DNA of 64,000 nt. Source: Carcharhinus longimanus (taxonomy: Eukaryota). The position numbers and the translations under genes were made by a program. The stretch is from assembly GCA_030264375.1 (NCBI GenBank), contig JASCQW010000156.1, forward strand, positions 19,613,620 to 19,677,619, read 5' to 3'. Position 1 is the stretch's first letter, and the number at the start of each line of letters is the position of its first letter. Below are positions 15,501 to 27,500 of the stretch, one piece after another. The notes below the pieces were generated by a model. It was not told the DNA's origin. It saw nothing but the letters and a program-made list of their open reading frames with translations, and searched no databases.

Positions 15501-18500
15501 TTGTATGTGGTGGATCTTAAATAAGATATGTTCACCCAAACAGTAAATTAACTGCTTTTTTATAAGCTATTTGCTGAGTTTTTTTTTGAGTGTAAATGTT
15601 CTCAAGGTTAGTTAGCAATTTAAACAAAAAAGCAGACCAGATATCTGATTGGATGAATTGGTGGAGCTAAATTTCTAAATCAGAGGCTTGAGTGTTCAAG
15701 CCATCCCGCAGGATGGAGCGCATAAATTTATCTTTCCGCTAGCAGAACAAAGGAAGTACTGTCAGAGCGCTTTCTTTCAGATATGATGTTAGACTAAGGC
15801 CCTGAGTATTTGTTTATAAGACGNNNNNNNNNNNNNNNNNNNNNNNNNNNNNNNNNNNNNNNNNNNNNNNNNNNNNNNNNNNNNNNNNNNNNNNNNNNNN
15901 NNNNNNNNNNNNNNNNNNNNNNNCTTTATACTGATTGGCTTTTTGGTTTCAAAAGTTTGCTGACCCCTGACCTAGGAGGATGAGGGCAGGTGCATAGGAT
16001 CATCACCATGTGCAAGTTCAGACATTCTCCTGACCTACTAGCCAATCAGTACATTGAGAAAGATCTACAATCCTGCACCTAATTAACTATCCATGAGACA
16101 TTGTTACACAAAAATTGATTGCTGTTTATGCTACTATAACACATCAAAGATAATTAATTGAATGTGAAACTACTGTGAGGTTATAAAAGGCATTTTCCCT
16201 GTGAATATGTTTTAAATATTCCATAGTTGGAGTAGCTTGTTTTGGCATTGCATAACTTATTAATCAACATTTTAAATTGTTTGGGGTTGAGTACCTCTAG
16301 AGGGCATCGCAGGAATCTAGCAGAACTAATTTGAACAAGCTCCCTTGTTCCAGATCCAAATTAGTGCAATCATAGGAATCCAGGATTCGAGCCTTATATT
16401 GGGAATAAATGGATTCAGTAAAAATGTGCTGTTTTCGTACAGGTCAGGATTTAAGTAGTGCAGCAAGTCATGATTTCTGATCACATTGAAGCTGGCCTGG
16501 CCAGTATACTCCATAGTTTTTGTAATGTTCCTCAGCATTTCCATATCTTGAGTGCACAGGAAAAGGAGACCTGTGTTACATGGAACATAATTTGTTTTTG
16601 TTGGTTGGGTTTTGTATAGAACATTGCACCGCCAGCCGCATATTGTAAGGTTCACAGGGTATTGGGTTTGGATGAGAATATGGTGTTTGGGGCTTGTGTA
16701 TGTTTCTACTGTGTTACTTCATATAAGTGAAAAGTGAATCTTGTCAACGGGTGACAGACATTTGAGTAACATATTCCAGTTGGATTGAATTTTACATTTA
16801 AAAAATCACACATTTTATAACTGTCTTTCTGCCCAAGACGCAGAGCTTCGGGCAATGCATGTTTCTTAGTGAACAAGAGCTTGTATGCATTTAGCATTAA
16901 AAAGAAAATGGCTTTACCATGTCTTTCCCACAGTGGTTTGGATGAGACTATCTTGGAGGAATGTTTGCAGTATCTGGAGAAGCAACTGGAGAGCAGCCAG
17001 GCACGCAAAGCCATGGAGGAATTCTTCTCTGAACGGTAAAAGGAAGATGCTAAATATGCTGGAGAAGTAAAAGTGATGCAAATGGGGCACTAGGAATGAG
17101 AGGGATTTTGGACTTAAGAGTTCCATTCTAGTTAAATTTTTGGTCCATGTCCCTTTCAGTGGATATTTCCTTCTTTTTAAACCACTGGTACTTATTTCCT
17201 CATCCTGTTTACTTTGGCCGTATCACGGTTTTTATCCTTCTACCTGTTTGAGATATCTGTCCGCAGAGTGTCATGATGAAAATGTTTCTTGTGTATATAA
17301 GTGTGGAGTTGATCCCAGTATCCAGAGTTTTAACGTCATACACAATATCATTAATACATTTAAACGAAAGATTATATTTCTGAGATGATCATACTTGAGT
17401 TTGAAAAAGCTTTCAGAAATATGTGTTGGGTGAATTTTTTGTCCCTCGATAGCCGCCCATGCCTTGTTGATTTATGCTGGTTTAGTAAAGTTGATCNNNN
17501 NNNNNNNNNNNNNNNNNNNNNNNNNNNNNNNNNNNNNNNNNNNNNNNNNNNNNNNNNNNNNNNNNNNNNNNNNNNNNNNNNNNNNNNNNNNNNNNNCTAG
17601 CTTGCTTTCCTGTCTGCTTATCAGCTTTGGTTTACCTTTCTCGTTTGCAGTGGGGAACTAGTACAGATCATGATGGCCACAGCCAATGAGAACCTCTCAG
17701 CTAAATTCTGTAACAGAGTGCTGAAGTTTTTCACAAAACTCTTCCAACTTGGTGAGTGGCATCTTCAGTTTGTTCAGCTGTTAAAGACTAATTATAGTGC
17801 ATGTTACTAACCTGAAAAAAGTGGTGTAAGAATGTTTTGTCATTCGTCACGTTTTTAGATTCTTGGGTTGAATTACATTGATAACTAGATCAGGGTCAGT
17901 GCAGAATGACAAGTAGCTCACTTTGGAGTTTGCACATTCTCCTCATGCCTGCATGGGTATACTCCAGGTGCTCAGGTTTCCACCCACACTCCAAAGATGT
18001 GCGTATTAGATTGATTGACCATGCTAAATTGACTCTAGTGTCAGGGAGATCAGCAGGGTAAATGTGCGGGGTTACGGGAATAGGGCCTGGGTGGGATTGT
18101 GGTTGGTACAAACTCGATGGGCCGAATGGTCTACTGTACTTTGGGGGTTCTATGGTGACCATTGTCGGAAGTGTGTTGATAAAACCAATACTAACGAGAG
18201 TTGTATAGTTTTGTTGTAATGCTGGCTCAGCAAACCAGAAAATCTGTCAACGCTTGAAAGTAGGACAGACAGGAAGAACTGTTTCAATTTATTGTCTTCA
18301 GAATTCTGTTTGTGCTGCGTGCCCCTCAAGATTTTCTTGTACTGTGGGCTCGGGAAGGTCTGCCTTTGGTAGTGCCAGACAGTCCTGCCAATAAAAGGCA
18401 TGATTTGCAAACCAGCAAAATATATTTCTGGGCTGAAATTCATTAAAATATTCCATCTATGGATAGCAGTAATTGAATGTAGGTGTTAAAATTGAACCCA

Positions 18501-21500
18501 TCAATTTCAGTGGGGCTTTGCTAGATCTGGAGAATAACATAACATGTTGTTAGCGCGAGTGGGCGAAACGACCACTACAGACTCAGGGTGAAGTTCAATA
18601 ACGGCACAGCTTTATTTTCTTTTACGTCGACGGAGAAGCGCAGTCAGGACATACAATCGGACTGTCCCGAAAGCGTTCTAACGATCCCTCGCAGCGGGCA
18701 ATAGTTATACCTGAACTTCGGTGTAGTATTCTAATACTAATTTAACAGCACTCGGCCTTAGCCATCCTGTCTTGATGTTTTCAAGTGTAGGGGGAATTGT
18801 TTTAAGTGTGTGTTAATCGTTTTGTCTGATTGGTTGTTAATGGTCTAGAACCTCTGCGGTTTGAACCATAGGTGTGTCATTGATCTGAAAAGAGGTTTGA
18901 GGGACCAGGGACGTTTCTCTAGCTATGCTAATTTGAGGTGTCCCCATGGGTTGTTTGACTGTTGTAGAAGTGCTGATTTTGATGGGGTGGAGATGTGTTT
19001 TTTTTAATTTAGTTCCTGTAGGTGCCATCCTGTCCAGCTTCCCTTGTGTGCTAGCCTTCATTTACATTCTGAAAGCATGCCCTTGCCTGCTAATCTGTGT
19101 CTGATACTTTGTGATTTTTAGTGGAGTCGCTCTGAGTGTATCTTTAGTCTGCTTCCATATCGTGTACCCAATTTCATAAAAATTGTTGTCCGATAACAAA
19201 AGTATGCCGACAGTGTTATAGTAAGTGTGTGCTATGAGTGTGATTCCGAAATTAATGAGGGCACCGTGATATATTTAACTGCCGAGTGGTGTTGCCAGGT
19301 GTTGGCGACCTTGTACTTGAATACTGTCGAGGAATTCTGCTTCCAGATGGCAGCGTTGATGTGTTTGGAATTTGCTATTAGAGCTGTTCTGATGAATTTC
19401 AGCCGACGAGCATTGTAAAAAATGAATGCAACGTTTGAGTTTGACTTTTGCAGTTGAGGTGGTAGCTCAGGGCTTTGTGTGATGTTGGGTGACGGAGTGT
19501 GGTTGTACATCGAGACTTTTGCTTTCCATTGGATCGCGTTGAAGCTGTTGAGTGTTCTTGGAGCTACATCTATTATGGTAGGTCACAGCCACTCATTAAT
19601 TGCACGTTTTAGATGGTGACGATTTTTAGGTGAGGACGATTTTTAGGTAGGCTGATTAATTATTTACACGCTTTCTAGCCTCTAATCGGTTGTTCTGGCC
19701 ACAACAGTTACACAGCTGGAACTTTACAGTTTTGTCATCAAGATCGAACCGAATAATTTTGACAACATTACAATCAGCGATTGCATTGCCAACTTAAACT
19801 AAACTTAGTGGATGAAGGTTAGTTATTTCTCATGAAGCAATTTACTGCCTGGGAATCCTTGGGCCCGAATGTTACTTGTCAATGCTCAGTCCAAACCGGG
19901 AAATCAACAGAACTTGAGATTCCGTTGAACAGCTTGAAAATGTTCATAAAATAAGACTCGCACACTATTTTAGTACATTTTCTAGCCAATCGTTAAATGA
20001 ATAATGAAAAATCTTATTATTAGTGATAATGATCGAGTATCACTGCCTGCTAATTACAGTTGCCTGAACGAAATATTTTCCAATTTAACAGACCGACCAA
20101 CAACACGCAACAACTGAGGACATTGGTTTGCAAGTAAATGGGAGCAAGCACCAACAGTGATTTAGGGCAATGGTTCCAATGATGAAACTTACGAGACGAG
20201 ATGAGACCAGAGGATAATGTATAAGTTTTCCTGTTGTTTTAGTTAAGCAACCCATCCACAATGTTAAATGTATCTAAAAGCAAATTGCAACGAATGATAA
20301 AAATCCGAATTCAAAGGAAATGATGCTGGAAATTTGCTGTTATAGTTTTTCTGATCAATTTCAGGTGATGTAATTGTGATTTTCTAGCATTTCCTTTTAT
20401 GTTAAGAATTACATTGAGTTAAAATGGGATTATTGGAAGAAGAGGGTATCGAAAAGTTGACGCCCTGTTAAGTTACCCGATTCCCTGTCCACGTTGTCTC
20501 GATCTACTCAAGTGGAAAAGTAAAGCAAATTAGTCGTTCCAAACCTCGAGCTGTCCCACAGAACTGCTCCGATTTCAAATAAAGTGTCATTGACCTTCAT
20601 CAGTAATTCGCTTTCTTTTCAGAGAGCGACTTTCCTGTTTAAAATTCCAGTAGATCGCTCTGTATTTAAAATGCATTTGTCCGTAATATTTTGATTTCAC
20701 TCTTACCAAGACGAAATTGATGTAGTGGACTGCTAATGGGATTTAATGATTTCTATTTGAAAGAACATAATTTATTTTCCGGAGCCCTTCCGTCTTGCCG
20801 TTCAATAGTGGTAATATCAAAATAGGAATCTCACTTTTTTTTTTGGGAAACCAGTCACCAACTTGTACTTTCTTTATGAGAAGTAATGGTTCTCGGTAGA
20901 TCTGAGATCAATCGTCATCAGAAGACTGATGGGATCTGCATCCATATAATCCTGCAGAGACCGGGCGAACATTTACCTACTGTGCTGCTGGTAAGCGTGC
21001 ACTATGATTTTGATACTGCAAAATTGATGGCACGGTAACATATTTTATTGTGGGGTGGTGTAGCCTCGGCCTTGCNNNNNNNNNNGGGCCGGGGGGGGGG
21101 GGGGTGGGGGGGGCGGGGGGTAAGTGGTGGTATGCTTGAATGTGGTGGAGGAATTCCGTTCCTGCAGCCCAACAACCATATTGTGGGCATTTGCTTTTGT
21201 AGTTGGTTTGATGAATTCCAGCAAATTAATCTTGTGGAAAATGGCGGAACTGTGTGAGTTTAGCTTGTGGTGTTGAGGCAGTAGGTGGGGAAGTAGGTTG
21301 GCTGACCGCGTGTGGTTGAATATCAATGAGTTTGCTTTCCAATGGATGACGGTGAATTTATTGAATGCTTCTTGAATTATATCCATGATGATTGCTCGAG
21401 GCGTCGCAATAATACTCGTCAATTCTACATTGTAGATGTTGGACAGGATGTTAGGGAGGAGTCGGAATGTACAGAATGTGCATCCGAGCCTCTAATCTGC

Positions 21501-24500
21501 TGTTCCAGCGACAGTATTGATATAACTGACACTATTATGATTATAGCCAAGATGGACCATAAGAATTTTGATAAAGGTGAATTCAGTGATTCTATTGCCA
21601 ATTAATCTCAATGGATGAAGTTATTTTGTTTCTTCTCATGAAGCAGCTTGTGGCCTTACAATTCTCTGGCCAAAATGATGCTTACCATTTGTCAAGCCAA
21701 AGCGGGAAAATAAGGAGGATCTTGGATCCATTCAAGAGCTTGATAATCTAAGAAAACATCCACCACATAGTCCAGTTTCTAATCACTCACTAAATTAAGA
21801 ATGCAAAAATCATATTATTAGCTATAATGATCGACCATTACAGTGTGTTAATTGTATCCAGTTGAATCAAACATTTGCCAAATGAACAGATGAACCAATG
21901 GCATACAGTGATTGATGACATTATTCTAGATAAATGGAAGCAATGGTTAAGAGTGATTGAACTCAATACACAACACGACAATTTACGAGACGACATATGA
22001 CCAACGTGCAAATGGCATTATTTTTACAGTTGTCTTATTTAAGCCACTTCGAAATAATTAGTGGCATTAGGTCAGGTGGAGATTATTAGAAGAAGAAAGC
22101 TACGAAAAATTGGCTTCTGCTATGTTACCTGATCTTCTGCCTATTTTGTCTCGATCTGCTCAAATGGAGAAGTAAAGCAAATTAATCGTTCCAACACTTG
22201 AACCATCCCATAGAACGTGTCAAATTTCAAATAAAACCTCATTGATCTTCGTCAGAAATTCGCTTTCTTTTCAGGTAGCGTCTTTCCTTTTCAAACTTTC
22301 ATTACTATACCTCTCAATTTAAAATGGCTTTTTCCACAGTATTTTGATTTCAGTCTTGCCTAAATTAAATCTGTGCAATGCAAAGCCAATCGGAGTTAAT
22401 GGCTTCCAATTGAAAGAACACTTATTTTCAGGCCCTCCTCCGTTTTGGTGGTTAATAGCGTTACCGTTAAATTCGGACTCCCTTTTATTAAACAACAAAA
22501 CAGCAAATAATGCACTCTTTAGATTCATCCATGAGAAACGTATTTGCGAGCGACAGCAGAATCAATGCTCATTAGGAGTTGGAGGAGATCTCAATCCATG
22601 AATACGTGCAGATCATGCAGTGTCCAAATACCCAGATTGTCTTTTGTGTATGTGTTCTTTGAGATTGGCACAACAACTGTGATGCGTTGGCAATATATTG
22701 TAAGGTCGCTTGTTTTTGGCATGAGTTTGGAAGGCAGACATGAAGGATACCTAAGAATTCAGTACCTACAGGTCAGCATTAACGTGTTTTTAAAATGCTA
22801 TTGGAGTTATTTTGATAAATTTCAGCATACATTTTTTGTGCACAATAATGGAACAGTGTGACTTTGGATTGTGTAGTTGACGGGGAGGTGAGGCATTTCC
22901 GGATTGTTGTCCGACAGAGTGCCGATTAACGCCAAACCGTCTTCGATATTTCGGTTGGCGTTGTCGTTTTTCAGTGCTGTTGGAGTTATGTCTATCAGTG
23001 TGGTTGGAGGCTATTCTAGTTCACTACTGAACTGTGCATTGCAGATCGTCGGCAGTATTTTGGGGAATTTTCGGATGGAAAAGTAGTGATAACTTGTTCC
23101 ACGTTTCCTAGATTCTAATCTATTATTGTAGCCGCCGTATGTATAGGGCCTGACTTGACCTATTGGAGCCTAAGGGCCGGATCCGGGCCTAATATGGATC
23201 CGAGCCCGGAATCCTCGTACCAGCGCCGCTCTACGCTTCTTGCCAGCTCTGATACAATCCGCGCTGCGAGCGGGACGTGGCGCTGCCTGGATGTTCGTAT
23301 CTCTGAACTGCGCATGCGCAGTTCGAAGACAATCGTAGGCATCGCGCCCAGGCGCGCAGCTGCGGCCGTTTCTGCCTTCTGAAAGGTAGCTTCCTGCTGT
23401 GTATCCTGTGTCAGCGCCCCCAGGCGGAACAATTCCAATACAACATCAATAGTTCGCTTTGGAAGGCAGGTCTATGCCAGGCTGCATCTTGTTTTGGTGG
23501 TTCCACCTGAAGGTCCCAGAAGTCATATCAGATACAAGGAGCCTATAAAAAATATGATGCCAGTTGATGTTTCTCTTCTGCCGGAAGCTGAAAGGAAAAC
23601 ACGATTGTGCAAACGTGTTCCCAAAAGAGCTAGAACGAAAGAGAAGCAATTTGAAGATGAATTTAAAGTTGGCAATTATAGCAAATTCTGGACAAAGAAG
23701 TAGTCTTCAAAATTTTGGAGTTTAGAAACAACCATCACTGGGCTGCTTGACTGGTGTTGACGTCAGTGGAACTTTGACAAATGAACATGTTATTGTGATT
23801 CATTAATAAGTTGTGATTTTTTTTAATGATTCGACTCCATTTGTTTTATTAAAATGTGTTTCTACAGGAAGGATCCAGCGAATGAAAAAAGTCCTTGCTT
23901 TGTTTCTATTATTACATAGCTTAAGTGCACCGAGAAACTGATTTGAATGTTAATTAGGCAATATCCATTCACATGAATCCTGTGCCTCTGTTCCTGACTA
24001 TATCTGTGTGGATTTGACTTACGCATATTTAGTTGTTTGTGCGATGTATCATTTAGACCAGTAGGAGGGAAAAAAAAAACAAACAGTAAGCGGAGAGACT
24101 GGCAGTCTGACACAGATCATCCTCTGGGTGGGGGGAGATAGGAGCGCAGTTGGAACTCTGATTGGGTGGGGTACAGGAGGGGGCGCAGATGGATCTCTGG
24201 TTGGGGGGAGGAGGGAGCACAAATGGATCTCTTGCTGGGGGGTGGCCGGGAGGTCCGCTGCCACTTTGCGGGCAATCTCTCCTTCCCACCGGAGGAACGA
24301 ATCTCTCCTCCCGGAGTGGGCGTGCGGCCATGTCATCCCACCAAACCTTCAGGATCAAGTGATTCTTCGTTGAGGAAATGAAGCAAATCTGGCTGATTCC
24401 ACAATGGATCCGCATGAAAACCGGCAACAAGATCAGGGACAACTCCAAGAGGAGACACTGGAGAAGGATCAAGCTGGGCCTCGAAAGGGATACACCATCA

Positions 24501-27500
24501 CTGGTACAATGCCAGCCATAGCCATCTCTCCCGCTCTCTTGCCCCTACAGGGAAGAGTAATCTGTTGCTTATAGCGCAGTTCCGGAACGGACCCAAAGTC
24601 GGTAAAGTGCGATTTGGTGGTAGAGTTGGGCGCATGGTTCATTAAATTGACTTAAATGGATGCAAACACATGTAATTTGCCGGGCCGCCCAATTTCGCCC
24701 AAATCAGTTGTTGGTAAAGTCGCGATCTGCTCGGACTCAGGTGCAAATCGCGTTAATGGCCCAATGCCCAAATTTACCGCGATTTTTCGCCCGACGTTTT
24801 GGACAGGTTTTGGAGAGGAGTCGGATGGGCCAAGATTTGATAAACTCGTTCGAGGTTTCCTTGACTCTAATCAGCTGTTTCAGCCAGAGCATTCATATAG
24901 CTAGCACTGTTCATACCGTAGCCAAGTTCGATTGGCGATGGTATGGACTATTAACCTCAATGCATGAAAATTATGTATTTCTCCTCTAGGCTCAATTAGT
25001 TGGGTCACAATTCTTTGATCCGAATGCTACCTGTCACTTCTCAGTCAAACCTGGAGAATCAGGAGAATTTGATTTCCGTTAAGTATCTTGAAAATGATGA
25101 TAATCTCAGACAAATACACCACTTCCGTAGTGCGTGTTATCGGACAACAAATTTTCTGAAATTAGATATACAAAATGGAAACTAACTAAAGATACACTCA
25201 GAACCCCTCCACTAAAGATCACAAAGGAGCAGATCCAGACAGCCAGGCAAAGGTATGTTTTTAGAATGCAAATAAGGGCTAACATACAAAGGAAGCTGGA
25301 CAGAATGGCACCTATAGAAACTAAATTAAAGTACACCCCTATCTAATCAGCACCACGAACCTAATCATGTAAACCTCTATGGAGACACCTAAGAATTAAC
25401 ATAACTAAGGAAGCTTCCCTGGCTTCACAGACTTCCTAAAGTCAGTCAAACACCAACTGTTCAAACCCTGGAGATTCTAGACCATTGATAAACCCATCAG
25501 ATGGAAACAATTAACACGCACTTAAAAACATTGTTACAATGCTTGAAAACATCAAAACAGGGTGGTCAGGGTCAAATACTGTAAACAAAGCATTAGCATT
25601 TGAATTGTACAATGTATCAAAGTTCAGGTATAACTGTAGCCCATTGCGGCGGGCCTTTAGAGTGCTTTCGGGACAGCTCTGTATATCCTGACTGCACCTC
25701 CGTCGATGTTAAAAATAAAGCTGTACCGCTGTTGAACCTGACTGTGAGTCCGTAGTGGTCATGTCTGCCCACTCGCGCTAACAGTTTCAATTTGCATTGA
25801 GCACAAACTTCCCATTCTAAATTGCACCCATTCCACCACATCATCTAATGGCTTCTGGCGACGTCATCATAGCTATGCTTTCCCAAAAGTACTCATGGTG
25901 CCAGTCTGTCTTTGAAACTGCCAGAGCAGGAACAAAAGTGGAAAACTGGCCTCTCCGAACCTAACATGAGTGGCAGGGAACGCATCTTAAACTTCCCTTT
26001 GTGCTATGTCACATGGGGGTAAAGTGGGAGTGAATGGATGGTAGACGGAAAGTCTGCAATCTCCTCCAAGTCACTTACTCGTGCACTGACCCCAGGGTTA
26101 AGACCAGCAACAGACTATATGATAGTCAAGAAATGCTTGCTGGCTGTCGATCTAACAGTCCCATAGGCTCACAGTTGTTTGGCCACAGGTTGCATGAACC
26201 GAACTTCAATCTTGGTGCAGCTTTAACCCGGCACTGGGACTTTCTCCTGCACTGTCTCCGTTAGCCCATTCTATGTGTTTATCACTCTGAAAGAGTAAAG
26301 GAAAGGCAAGGTGTGGTCTTGGCCTGCTGCTGTAGTAGAGGACACAAGAGAAGGAGNNNNNNNNNNNNNNNNNNNNNNNNNNNNNNNNNNNNNNNNNNNN
26401 NNNNNNNNNNNNNNNNNNNNNNNNNNNNNNNNNNNNNNNNNNNNNNNNNNNNNNNNTAGGCCATCTAGCCCCTTGAGCCTGCCCCGCCATTCAATAAGAT
26501 CATGGCTGATCTGAAGTGGATCAATTCCACTTAACCGCTTGCTCCCCATAACCCTTAATTCCCTTATCGATCAGAAATCTATCTACCTGTGACTTAAACA
26601 TATTCAACGAGGTAACCTCCACCACTTCAATGGACAGAGAATTCCAGAGATTCACTACCCTCTGAGAGAAGAAGTTCGTCCTCAACTCTGGTCTAAACTA
26701 ACTCCCCCTTACTTTGAGGCTGTGCCCTCTAGTTCTGGTCTCCTTTCTAAGTGGAAAGAATCTCTCTACCTCTATCCTATCTAGCCCCTTCATTATCTCA
26801 TATGTCTCTATAAGATCACCCCTCATCCTTCTAAACTTCCAACAAGTACAGGCTCAATCTCTCCTCATAAGCCAACCCCCTCATCTCTGGTATCAACCTG
26901 GTGAACCTTCTCTGTACTCCCAATATATCCTTTTGCAAATAAGGGGATCAAAATTGCACACGGTTCATTCATTGTAAACTTCAGAGTCAAGCTCATGCAA
27001 TTCTGTGAAGCTGTATTTCCAGATACAATTCTGAGAGTAGTCGAAAAACATTTTCCTTTTTAAACCTTACCAGATGATAGCAAAACATGTGAGATATTTG
27101 GGCAGTTTTGTTCAATACCAGTAACTGGAAGGTGTAGACTTCAGCCTATTCTCTGGTAACTAAAGTCGTAGAAATTACTGAGCATAAAAAAAACTTGTGG
27201 CGGTTACTGACTTGCACTAATATCCAACTGCACCGCTTGTGATCAATTACACTGGCGAATTTAAACCATCTGCTGGCATGAAGGTAACTTGATTACTGGG
27301 ACCCACTACTGAAAACTGTATTTCTAATCAGTTTAATGACACCGTTATGCCACAGGAAGAAGTCATTTGTCCATTGTGTCTGTGCGAGCTCTTAGAGCTA
27401 TCCAGTTCTCCAGCTCTTTCCCCATAGCCTTGCAGATTTTCCCCTTCGAGCATTTATCCAATTCTTTATTGAAAGTTACTGTTGCTGGTTGGTAGTAATG

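Larger units (their letters stand above)
23170..24830. mobile_element. CpG-rich shark-type non-autonomous interspersed element, interrupted by two retrocopies
   Basis: GC/CpG-rich segments at ~23170-23345, ~24085-24280 and ~24520-24830, with repeated GGTAAAGT / TTTACCGC motifs. Family assignment is uncertain. Confidence 0.45.
18548..25783. mobile_element. 7.2-kb composite element bounded by two inverted LTR-like repeats
   Basis: Outer ends TGTTAGCGCGAGTGGGC / GCCCACTCGCGCTAACA are a perfect 17-bp inverted match. The arms align over ~650 bp, and the interior is visibly CpG-richer than the flanking intron. Confidence 0.75.

Noticed and set aside
21076-21121. G-run as a G-quadruplex
   Set aside because: It is directly adjacent to an N gap and likely low-quality homopolymer sequence. 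The same applies to 47596-47712.
19232-21422. Minus-strand ORFs 19232-19510 and 21045-21422 as novel viral genes
   Set aside because: They are frameshifted remnants of the LINE ORF2 C-terminus and are not conserved in frame between units.
25134-25346. Paralogous small ORFs in the two arms (25134-25346 + and 18837-19061 -, sharing KLDRMAP) as an integrase remnant
   Set aside because: The frames are not conserved between arms (stops and shifts), there are no DDE or GPY/F motifs, and they lie inside the TGTTA...TAACA LTR-like unit. The similarity just reflects the DNA repeat.
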